NCBI GenBank assembly: GCA_937910695.1
Contig: CALEMW010000166.1
Coordinates: 41,998-105,997 of the forward strand
Length of the DNA stretch: 64,000 bases
Reading direction: 5' to 3'
Source of the DNA: an uncultured bacterium
GTDB taxonomy: Bacteria; Krumholzibacteriota; Krumholzibacteriia; LZORAL124-64-63
Part shown: positions 35,910 to 43,222 of the stretch, piece by piece
Layout of the letters: every line of letters starts with the position of its first letter
Position numbering within the stretch: the stretch's first letter is position 1
Translations under genes and position numbers: made by a program
The notes under the pieces: generated by a model
The model's database searches: none
What the model was told of the DNA's origin: nothing
Seen by the model: only the letters and a program-made list of their open reading frames with translations

Positions 35910-37477
35910 GGATCGTGACCTCGGCCCAGATGGCGGCCATCGACGCCGATACCATCCTCAGCGGCGTGCCCGGCCTCGAACTGATGGAGCGGGCCGGTCG
36001 TGAAATGGTCCTGGCGATCCTCGATCTTATGCCTGAATTCGATCCGCCGGCGGCTGTGGCCGTGTGTTGCGGCAAGGGCAACAACGGCGGCGACGGTCTG
36101 GTCGTGGCGCGTCAACTCGACCAGCTGGGCTACGAAGTCACAGTCATGATGCTGACCGCCGACGAGGACCTGGCTCCGGACGCACGCACCAATCTGGACC
36201 GTCTGCCCGAAGAGGTCGAGATCGTCCGACCCGCCCCGGAGGATTGGGCCAGGGAAATGGGCCGGCTCTGCGCCGAGAACGATCTGCTGATCGATGCCGT
36301 GTTCGGCACCGGCATCCGCCCGCCGGTGAGCGATGCCTATGCTGCCCTTTTCGCTGCCTGTGATCGTCGCCTGGCCACCGTGGTGAGTCTCGACGTGCCG
36401 TCGGGTGTATCCGGCGACGACGGCAGCGTCGATCCCGTGGCCGTCCGCGCCGACGCCACGGTGACCGTAGGCCTACCAAAACTGGGTCTGCTCCTGCCCC
36501 CGGGGCGGGACCACGTCGGCGCTCTCGAGGTGGTCGACATCGGTTTCCCGGACGAGATCACCGAGAGTCACGCATCCGATCTGCACTACCTGTTGATGGA
36601 GGAGATCGCCGATCTGCTGCCGGACCGCCCGGGAGATCTGCACAAGTACACCGCCGGCACGGCCTTGGTGGTGGCCGGCTCGCACCGCTTTGGCGGCGCT
36701 GCGCTGCTGGCCGGCCTCGGCGCGCTGCGGTCGGGGGCGGGACTTGTGTCCTTGGCTCTGCCGCAGGAGCACGCCGCAGTCGCATTGGGCTTCGTACCCG
36801 AAGCGCTGCTGCATCCCTTGCCGACCGGCAACGCGGGGGGACTTGCCCCTGTCGCGCCCGATGTCCTGACAGCATTGCTCGATCGTCAATGCGCTTGGGC
36901 GGTTGGACCCGGCCTAGGCGACGATCCTGATACCGACCGCTGGGTCGTGGAGGCTTTGGCTGCCGTCGATCTGCCGACCGTCGTCGACGCCGACGCCCTG
37001 TCAGCCTTCGCTCGGCTCGATTGTGAGCCGTCGTTCGCCTCGGCGCAGACGATCCTCACGCCCCACGTGGGGGAGTTGGCACGTCTTGGGGGCGTTTCGA
37101 CGGAGGAAGCGGCCGCACGGCGGCTTGAACTGGCGGGCGATCTGGCCCGGCGCTGGAACGTCGTGGTTGTGGCCAAGGGGGCGCCGACGATCGTGGCTGC
37201 TCCCGACGGCTTTACCGCCCTCAACGCCACGGGCAACGACGCCCTGGCCCACGGCGGCACCGGCGACGTCTTGACGGGCTTGCTGGTAGGTCTGCTTGCG
37301 CAGGGCATGGAGGCCCTCGACGCCGCTCTGCTGGGTTGCTGGCTCCACGGCCGCGCCGGAGAGTTGGCTGGGGTCGACGGCTCACGCCGTTCGGTTCTGG
37401 CCCGAGAGGTGGCCGATCACCTCGGCGAAGCCATGACCGAACTGACCTGGCGATTGGGCTGGGGGGAGGACGCGTGA
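35906..37477 (+). CDS. nnr: Bifunctional NAD(P)H-hydrate repair enzyme (epimerase/ADP-dependent dehydratase)
   Basis: YjeF-N motif CGKGNNGGDGLVVAR; C-terminal carbohydrate-kinase-like domain (KYTAGTALVVAGS..., GGTGDVLTGL). ATGA overlap with the HAD gene. Confidence 0.9.
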   Translation: MRIVTSAQMAAIDADTILSGVPGLELMERAGREMVLAILDLMPEFDPPAAVAVCCGKGNNGGDGLVVARQLDQLGYEVTVMMLTADEDLAPDARTNLDRLPEEVEIVRPAPEDWAREMGRLCAENDLLIDAVFGTGIRPPVSDAYAALFAACDRRLATVVSLDVPSGVSGDDGSVDPVAVRADATVTVGLPKLGLLLPPGRDHVGALEVVDIGFPDEITESHASDLHYLLMEEIADLLPDRPGDLHKYTAGTALVVAGSHRFGGAALLAGLGALRSGAGLVSLALPQEHAAVALGFVPEALLHPLPTGNAGGLAPVAPDVLTALLDRQCAWAVGPGLGDDPDTDRWVVEALAAVDLPTVVDADALSAFARLDCEPSFASAQTILTPHVGELARLGGVSTEEAAARRLELAGDLARRWNVVVVAKGAPTIVAAPDGFTALNATGNDALAHGGTGDVLTGLLVGLLAQGMEALDAALLGCWLHGRAGELAGVDGSRRSVLAREVADHLGEAMTELTWRLGWGEDA

Positions 37478-38493
37478 AGATCCTGGGCATCGAGACGTCC
37501 TGCGACGACACCAGCGTGGCCCTGCTCGACGAACACGAGGGTGTTCTGGAAAACCTAGTATCGAGCCAGATCGACCTCCACGATCATTTCGGCGGCGTCG
37601 TGCCTGAACTGGCTTCGCGCGCCCACCTGGTCAACCTCCTGCCCTTGATCGACGTGCTTTTGACGCGGCGTTCGCTGAACCTCGCGGACATCGACGGTGT
37701 GGCGGTGACACGCGGCCCAGGGCTGATCGGTGCCTTGCTGGTGGGACTGTCGACGGCCAAGGCCATCTGCTGGGCGGCGGGCAAGCCCCTCGCTGCTGTT
37801 CATCACATCGAAGGCCACATGCTCGCCAACGAACTGACGGCGCCCATGGAACTGCCGGCCGCGGTCCTGGTGGTCTCGGGCGGCCACACCGAGGTCATCC
37901 TCGTGCGCGAGATCGGTCTGTATGAACGCCTCGGGTGGACTCTCGACGACGCCGCCGGCGAATGCTACGACAAGTGTGCCCAGTTCATGGGGTTGCCTTA
38001 TCCCGGGGGCCCCGCTGTCGATCGCGTCGCCGAGGGTGGCGACCCGGGCCGTTTCACGTTTCCGCGTCCCTTGCACAAGGATCCCCGCGTGATCTTCAGC
38101 TTCAGCGGCTTGAAGACCGCCGTCCGCCTCGAGGTGGAAAGGCTGCCCCGCCCTCTCTCGGAACAGGACGTCGCCGATGTCTGCCACGCCTTGCGTGAGG
38201 CTGTCACCGACGTATTGACCCGCCGTCTTTTTCAGGCGGCACAGGAGCAGGGCGTGCGCGCCGTCTACCTGGCCGGCGGTGTGGCTGCCAACAGCTTGCT
38301 GCGAACCCGAACCGCCGAGCTGGCGACAAAGCGCGGGCTCCACTTCGTCGCACCGGACCGCGCCTACTGCACCGACAATGCAGCGATGATCGCCCAGGCT
38401 GGCCTTTGCCGTTTCCGTGTCGGTTACCGTGACGATCTTTCTGTCGACAGCTTCGCCCGCCAACCCGTGACCTCATGGCTTCCGTTGCCCTGA
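37474..38493 (+). CDS. tsaD: tRNA N6-adenosine threonylcarbamoyltransferase
   Basis: KILGIETSCDDTSVAL, HHIEGH metal motif, VSGGHT, GGVAAN. GTG at 37474 overlaps the nnr stop (GTGA); the ORF part from 37336 to 37473 is an upstream read-through artefact. Confidence 0.93.
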   Translation: MKILGIETSCDDTSVALLDEHEGVLENLVSSQIDLHDHFGGVVPELASRAHLVNLLPLIDVLLTRRSLNLADIDGVAVTRGPGLIGALLVGLSTAKAICWAAGKPLAAVHHIEGHMLANELTAPMELPAAVLVVSGGHTEVILVREIGLYERLGWTLDDAAGECYDKCAQFMGLPYPGGPAVDRVAEGGDPGRFTFPRPLHKDPRVIFSFSGLKTAVRLEVERLPRPLSEQDVADVCHALREAVTDVLTRRLFQAAQEQGVRAVYLAGGVAANSLLRTRTAELATKRGLHFVAPDRAYCTDNAAMIAQAGLCRFRVGYRDDLSVDSFARQPVTSWLPLP

Positions 38494-38548
38494 TCCTCCC
38501 GCCTCCAACGATCCTGTCCTTCCTCCAAGCTCCTCGTCGTCCGGTATG

Positions 38549-38564
38549 TGGCATGACACTTGCC
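38549..38564 (+). promoter_or_regulatory. Sigma-54 (-24/-12) promoter candidate upstream of the signalling operon
   Basis: TGGCATgacacTTGCc. GG and GC are exactly 12 nt apart, close to the TGGCACG-N4-TTGCW consensus. Intergenic, 60 nt upstream of ATG 38625. Confidence 0.5.
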
Positions 38565-38624
38565 TAATGTCCTTGATCTCCGCATTTGCGGGGATACATC
38601 GATCATTCTGCACGGCGGGAGACT

Positions 38625-39614
38625 ATGCAGGACACAGAACACATTCTCGTGGTCGACGACGAAGCCAACATTCGTACGATCTTGACCTATCTGCTGGAGC
38701 AGGAGGGTTTCACGGTCGATCATGCTGCGGACGGGCAATCCGCCCTGGACCTGATGCGAGATTCGTGTCCGGATCTTGTGATCCTCGACGTGATGATGCC
38801 CGGCCTGGACGGACTCCAGGTTCTCGCCAGCATGCGAGGCCACTTCCAAACCCACAACATCCCGGTGATCCTGCTGACGGCCAAAGGCGATACGTTCCAC
38901 AGGGTTCAGGGATTGCGTGAAGGCGCCAACGACTATCTCGTCAAGCCGTTCGTGCCCCAGGAACTCATCCTGAGGGTCCGTAACATGCTTCAGTTCTCCA
39001 GAACCCAACGCGATGCCAACCCCTTGACCGGTCTGCCGGGCAACCGTGCGATTACCCAGGAAGTCGAACGCAGGCTGGAGCTGGGCGAGCCCTTTGGCTT
39101 CCTTTACGTGGACCTGGATAATTTTAAGGCGTTCAACGACTTCTATGGCTATTCCCGTGGCGATAAAGTTCTCGGCCTGCTTGCCGAATCATTACAAAGA
39201 GCAACGAAGGGTCAAAAAGGAGAGTCGTTCCTCGGGCACGTGGGAGGCGACGACTTCGTGGCGGTCGTCGGTGTCGACGTTGCGTCGACCATCGCCCATC
39301 AGTTGGTCGCCGAGTTCGATGAGCGAAGACGGTTTCTCTATGACCCCGAAGACTGGAGCCGTGGCTGGATCGAAATCCGGGACCGAACCGGCACCATCCG
39401 CCGCATGCCGCCGGTGAGCGTGACGGTGGCCGTGGTGATCGATCGTCAAGGCGAACTCGAACACATCGGACAGGTGAACGCCGTAGCCGCTGAGCTGAAG
39501 CGCTTCGGTAAGACCCAGGCGGGCAGCATCGTGGTCGAAGAACGCCGCGAGGTCCCGACCGAGGAGGAAGTATCGCACGGTAGCGACTCGGTGAAGTTCG
39601 GTGACTCGAATTGA
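38625..39614 (+). CDS. Response regulator: REC domain fused to a GGDEF-family palm domain with a GGDDF motif
   Basis: REC (ILVVDDE..., DLVILDVMMPGLDG, LLTAKGD). Palm domain (LTGLPGNRAI, YVDLDNFKAFNDFYGYSRGDKVL, GHVGGDDFVAV). No RxxD I-site upstream of the motif. Confidence 0.85.
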   Translation: MQDTEHILVVDDEANIRTILTYLLEQEGFTVDHAADGQSALDLMRDSCPDLVILDVMMPGLDGLQVLASMRGHFQTHNIPVILLTAKGDTFHRVQGLREGANDYLVKPFVPQELILRVRNMLQFSRTQRDANPLTGLPGNRAITQEVERRLELGEPFGFLYVDLDNFKAFNDFYGYSRGDKVLGLLAESLQRATKGQKGESFLGHVGGDDFVAVVGVDVASTIAHQLVAEFDERRRFLYDPEDWSRGWIEIRDRTGTIRRMPPVSVTVAVVIDRQGELEHIGQVNAVAAELKRFGKTQAGSIVVEERREVPTEEEVSHGSDSVKFGDSN

Positions 39615-39635
39615 ATGGAATGAGGACGAAGGCCC

Positions 39636-40013
39636 ATGCCTGAACCGCGCGTTTTGATCGTGGAAGACGAAGCTCCTCTGGTACGCCTCCTGGTGCAGGC
39701 TTTCCGGCAGGAGGGGTTTCAGGTGGCCACCGCCGGCAACGGCATCGAATGCATGAACAAGGTGTCGGGGTTTCGGCCGGACGTCATCGTGATGGACATC
39801 ATGATGCCGCGGCTCGACGGCATCGACGCCACGCGCCTGATCCGCAGGCAGCGGGGACTGGACAAGGCACTCATTGTGGCTCTCTCGGCCCGCACCGACG
39901 AGACCACCAAAGCGGAAATGATGGCGGCCGGCGCCGATCTCTACATGGAGAAGCCTTTCGTCGTGGGACAGTTGATCGAACGCGTGCGAGAACATGTGGG
40001 AATCCGCCGCTGA
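39636..40013 (+). CDS. Stand-alone response regulator receiver (CheY-like)
   Basis: 125 aa: VLIVEDEAP, DVIVMDIMMPRLDG, ALSARTD, YMEKPF. Confidence 0.85.
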   Translation: MPEPRVLIVEDEAPLVRLLVQAFRQEGFQVATAGNGIECMNKVSGFRPDVIVMDIMMPRLDGIDATRLIRRQRGLDKALIVALSARTDETTKAEMMAAGADLYMEKPFVVGQLIERVREHVGIRR

Positions 40014-40034
40014 CGTTGTGAGGATGGTGGGACG

Positions 40035-42623
40035 ATGACCGTAACGACCGCGATTCTGAACGGGCCTGGAGTACTCTCCGCGCCAGGGGGCTTGATCTTC
40101 TGGGGCGGGCTGGTGCTTCTGCTCGGCGGGGCCATGGTGTGGCAGATGCGACGCCTCCGCCGGCACGATAGGGATCTGGACGAGCGCCAGGAACGAGTTC
40201 AGGGCCTCGAAAGCATCCTTCGCATTTCCGCTCGCATGCATGCGTTCCATGACGTCGATCATCTGTTGTCCGAAGTGGCCGACGCCGTGCGCCGTTCTCT
40301 GGGCTTCCGCATGGTCCTGCTGCGGATCTACGATTCCGTCGAGAAGTCGTTCGAGGCCCGGGCTTACGCCGGCATCGACGAAGCGGGTCGCGAGTACCTG
40401 CGCAACCTGCCCCTGAGTCTCGCCGAGTTCCGACAGATGACGTTGCCTCAATTCCAGATCAGCAACAGCTACTATATCAAGCACGACGCCAAGGGTGCCG
40501 CCGAGGTGCTGGCCGACGGATATATTGCGGACCTGGGCCACCGCAACGAAGGCGATTGGGACGAACGCGACATGCTCATCGTGCCGTTGACCTCTCCCGA
40601 AGGAGAGATCAGCGGTTATCTGAGCGTGGACGACCCCGTCGACCGCAAGTGTCCCGACGAACGCACGATCGAACGGCTGGAGATCTTCGCCCAACAGGCC
40701 GCCACGGCCATCTCGTCGGCCGAGCTGTATTCTCGCCTGCACCGCCAGAACCGCGATCTGGTTCATGCAGCCGACCGCCTGCGTTACCACAACGACCTCA
40801 AGAACAACTTCGTGGCCAACGTCAGTCATGAGCTGCGCACACCTCTTACGTCCATCAAGGCCTACTGCGAAGCCCTTCTGCACGGCCGCAGCAAGATGGA
40901 TCAGGGCGCCCAGGAGGAATTCCTGCGCGTGATCGATCTCGAGGCCGAAAAGCTCACCGGCATCGTGAACAACCTGCTCGACCTCGAACGGATGGATGGA
41001 TCCCAGGTCCGTTTCAACCGCCATCAAACAGACCTCGTGGCCCTGGTCAGGGGCCTCGAAGGCGCGGCGCGGAGCCAGGCCGAGGCCAAGGACATCTCCT
41101 TGTCGGTCCACTTCGACCAGAAGGAAATCCCCCTGTGGGTCGACGCCGATCTCGTGCGTCAGCTCATGCGGCACCTGCTCGACAACGCCTTCAAGTTCAC
41201 GCCTGCCGGTGGTGCGGTGCATCTGTCGCTGCTCGAAGGTGTCTCTTCGGTGCGCATCGTCGTCGAGGACAACGGTGTGGGAATTCCGGACAACAAGATG
41301 TCCTACATCTTCGACCGCTTCTACCAGGTGGACGGCTCGTCGACGCGGGAACACGGTGGTCAGGGCATCGGACTGGCCATCTGCCGCGACATCGTCACGC
41401 GGCATGGCGGACGCATCTGGGGCGAGCGCGTTCAGCCGCGCGGTGTGCGCTTCAACGCCCTGCTCCCGCGCAAGGACGAGATCGTGCAGCGCTCCAACGA
41501 GAGCCAGGGTGCCTTCTTCGAGGAATTCTCGGACTTTGCGGAACGACTCATCCAGTGGATCGGCGAACTGATGCGCGTGAAGATCGTGTCGCTGATGATG
41601 CCCGACCGCACAGGCGAGCATCTGGTGATCGAGGCGGCCATGGGGCTGGAGGATCACATCGTCCAGAACACGCGTCTGAAACGGGGGGAAGGCATCGCCG
41701 GCCGCGTCTGGCGACAGGGCGAAGCGATCCTCGTTGAGGAGAACGACACCGGAAGCGGGCTGCCGAATATCGGTTCCGCCGGTCGCTATTCCACCGGTTC
41801 GTTGATCTCGGCGCCGATCAAGAGCGAGGGAAAAGTTGTGGCCGTCGTGAACGTCAACAACCGGCTCGACGGCATGCCCTTCTCGAGTCGGGACCTGCTC
41901 CTGCTCGAGGGCCTGGCTTCGCGTCTCGGCTCCATGCTCAAGAAGGTGCGGGACCACTCCGAGAGCACGCGTAACTTCTCGGAATTGAACAAGTCTCTGC
42001 GCAAGAGCATCGCCGTACGGCGCGCCCGTCACGACGAGCTGGCCGAGGTCTGCCACGAGATCTGCATGCGGACGGCCCGTCGCATGCGGGTGGAGAACGA
42101 AGACCTCAAGCACATGGCCTTCGCGCTGCAGACCTACGACCTGGGTCTTTCCGGCGTGCCCGACGAAGTTCTCTACAAATCGCCGCCGCTGCAGCCAGAG
42201 GAATGGGAAATCATCCAGCAGCATGTTCACACGGGTTTGGAGATGATCGAACATCTCGATCCCGATCAAAACGTCCGCGATGCGATTCTGCATCATCACG
42301 AGCATTATGACGGCTCGGGCTATCCTGACGGACTGGTCGGCGACGTCATTCCCTTGGGCGCACGGCTGTTGTCTCTGGCCGACGCTCTGACCGCCATGAT
42401 CCAGGGGCGGCCCTACAGGCCGGCTCTGTCCCTCGGCGACGCGTTGTCGGAAATGAGCGCTCGTTCGGGCACCCAGTTCTGCCCGCGTTGCCTGAGCATA
42501 TTTCTCGAAGAGGCCAAAGACTTCACAGAAATCGTGGGCCAAGTGCAGTCGGCGCGTTCATTGGCGCTGTCCAGCGGCCCGGCCGTGGTGGAGACGGAAG
42601 ATCCTGTATCAAGCATCAGCTGA
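40035..42623 (+). CDS. Membrane sensor histidine kinase fused to a second GAF and an HD-GYP domain (TM-GAF-HisKA-HATPase-GAF-HD-GYP)
   Basis: TM segment LIFWGGLVLLLGGAMVW; GAF1; H-box VSHELRTPLTSI; N-box DNAFKFT; G1 DNGVGIP; G2 GGQGIGLAICRDIV; GAF2 (GEGIAGRVWRQGEAILVEE...VVAVVNVNN); HD-GYP signature HHHEHYDGSGYPDGLVGDVIPLGARLLSLADA. Confidence 0.85.
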   Translation: MTVTTAILNGPGVLSAPGGLIFWGGLVLLLGGAMVWQMRRLRRHDRDLDERQERVQGLESILRISARMHAFHDVDHLLSEVADAVRRSLGFRMVLLRIYDSVEKSFEARAYAGIDEAGREYLRNLPLSLAEFRQMTLPQFQISNSYYIKHDAKGAAEVLADGYIADLGHRNEGDWDERDMLIVPLTSPEGEISGYLSVDDPVDRKCPDERTIERLEIFAQQAATAISSAELYSRLHRQNRDLVHAADRLRYHNDLKNNFVANVSHELRTPLTSIKAYCEALLHGRSKMDQGAQEEFLRVIDLEAEKLTGIVNNLLDLERMDGSQVRFNRHQTDLVALVRGLEGAARSQAEAKDISLSVHFDQKEIPLWVDADLVRQLMRHLLDNAFKFTPAGGAVHLSLLEGVSSVRIVVEDNGVGIPDNKMSYIFDRFYQVDGSSTREHGGQGIGLAICRDIVTRHGGRIWGERVQPRGVRFNALLPRKDEIVQRSNESQGAFFEEFSDFAERLIQWIGELMRVKIVSLMMPDRTGEHLVIEAAMGLEDHIVQNTRLKRGEGIAGRVWRQGEAILVEENDTGSGLPNIGSAGRYSTGSLISAPIKSEGKVVAVVNVNNRLDGMPFSSRDLLLLEGLASRLGSMLKKVRDHSESTRNFSELNKSLRKSIAVRRARHDELAEVCHEICMRTARRMRVENEDLKHMAFALQTYDLGLSGVPDEVLYKSPPLQPEEWEIIQQHVHTGLEMIEHLDPDQNVRDAILHHHEHYDGSGYPDGLVGDVIPLGARLLSLADALTAMIQGRPYRPALSLGDALSEMSARSGTQFCPRCLSIFLEEAKDFTEIVGQVQSARSLALSSGPAVVETEDPVSSIS

Positions 42624-42679
42624 GACGACCGATAAGGTGATCGACACAACACGAACCATTGGTTCCAGGAGGAAGACCC

Positions 42680-43054
42680 TTGCGCAAGATCCTCATCGTC
42701 GACGACGAACCCTATATCCTGAATATCCTCGACTTCAGCCTCGATGCTGAAGGTTACCGTGTGTTACAGGCCTCCGACGGAGAGGAAGCCCTGCGCATGG
42801 CTCAGGATCAGATTCCGGACCTGGTGATCATGGACGTCATGATGCCCCGCCAGGACGGTTTCGAGACCTGCCGGCGCTTGAAGGAAGACCTGCGGACCGC
42901 GGACATTCCCGTGGTTCTGCTGACCGCGCGCAACAGCCGTGAAGACCGCAGCAAAGGCGAAGAGGTCCGTGCCGACGGGTACATCACCAAGCCGTTCAGT
43001 CCCCAACGGCTACTCGATACGGTTCAGGAATTCCTGGGCGTCATCAGTGAGTGA
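42680..43054 (+). CDS. Stand-alone response regulator receiver (CheY-like)
   Basis: AGGAGG RBS at 42667-42672 lies 7 nt before TTG 42680. KILIVDDEP, DLVIMDVMMPRQDG, LLTARNS, YITKPF. Confidence 0.85.
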   Translation: MRKILIVDDEPYILNILDFSLDAEGYRVLQASDGEEALRMAQDQIPDLVIMDVMMPRQDGFETCRRLKEDLRTADIPVVLLTARNSREDRSKGEEVRADGYITKPFSPQRLLDTVQEFLGVISE

Positions 43055-43088
43055 GTGACTTAAACACGACGTCGGTACGCTGAGACGG

Positions 43089-43121
43089 CGCCGCTCCCTG
43101 ACGGGGGCGGCGTCGTTTTTT
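43089..43121 (+). terminator. Rho-independent terminator closing the signalling operon
   Basis: cgccgctccc / tgac / gggggcggcg (10-bp stem with one G-U pair), then tcgtttttt. Confidence 0.65.
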
Positions 43122-43222
43122 GAAGGGGGCGGATCTGTGCAAGGGCGCGTCTGGTGATCGGAGAGACAGCATGCTATCCTGCATCTTCGTGACCAACGAG
43201 GCCGTCCTGCTCCGGAGCCGCC

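Noticed and set aside
37336-37473. 5' extension of the tsaD ORF
   Set aside because: It overlaps the nnr C-terminus. The conserved TsaD N-terminus (KILGIETSCDDT) begins at GTG 37474, on the nnr stop.
39192-42542. 1116-aa stop-free ORF on the minus strand spanning the whole kinase region
   Set aside because: It is exactly antisense to genes with unmistakable motifs (REC, HisKA, HATPase, HD-GYP). Its translation is Arg/Gly/His/Val-rich with no recognisable domain. Long antisense ORFs are expected when sense codons are GC3-rich, because stop codons are AT-rich.
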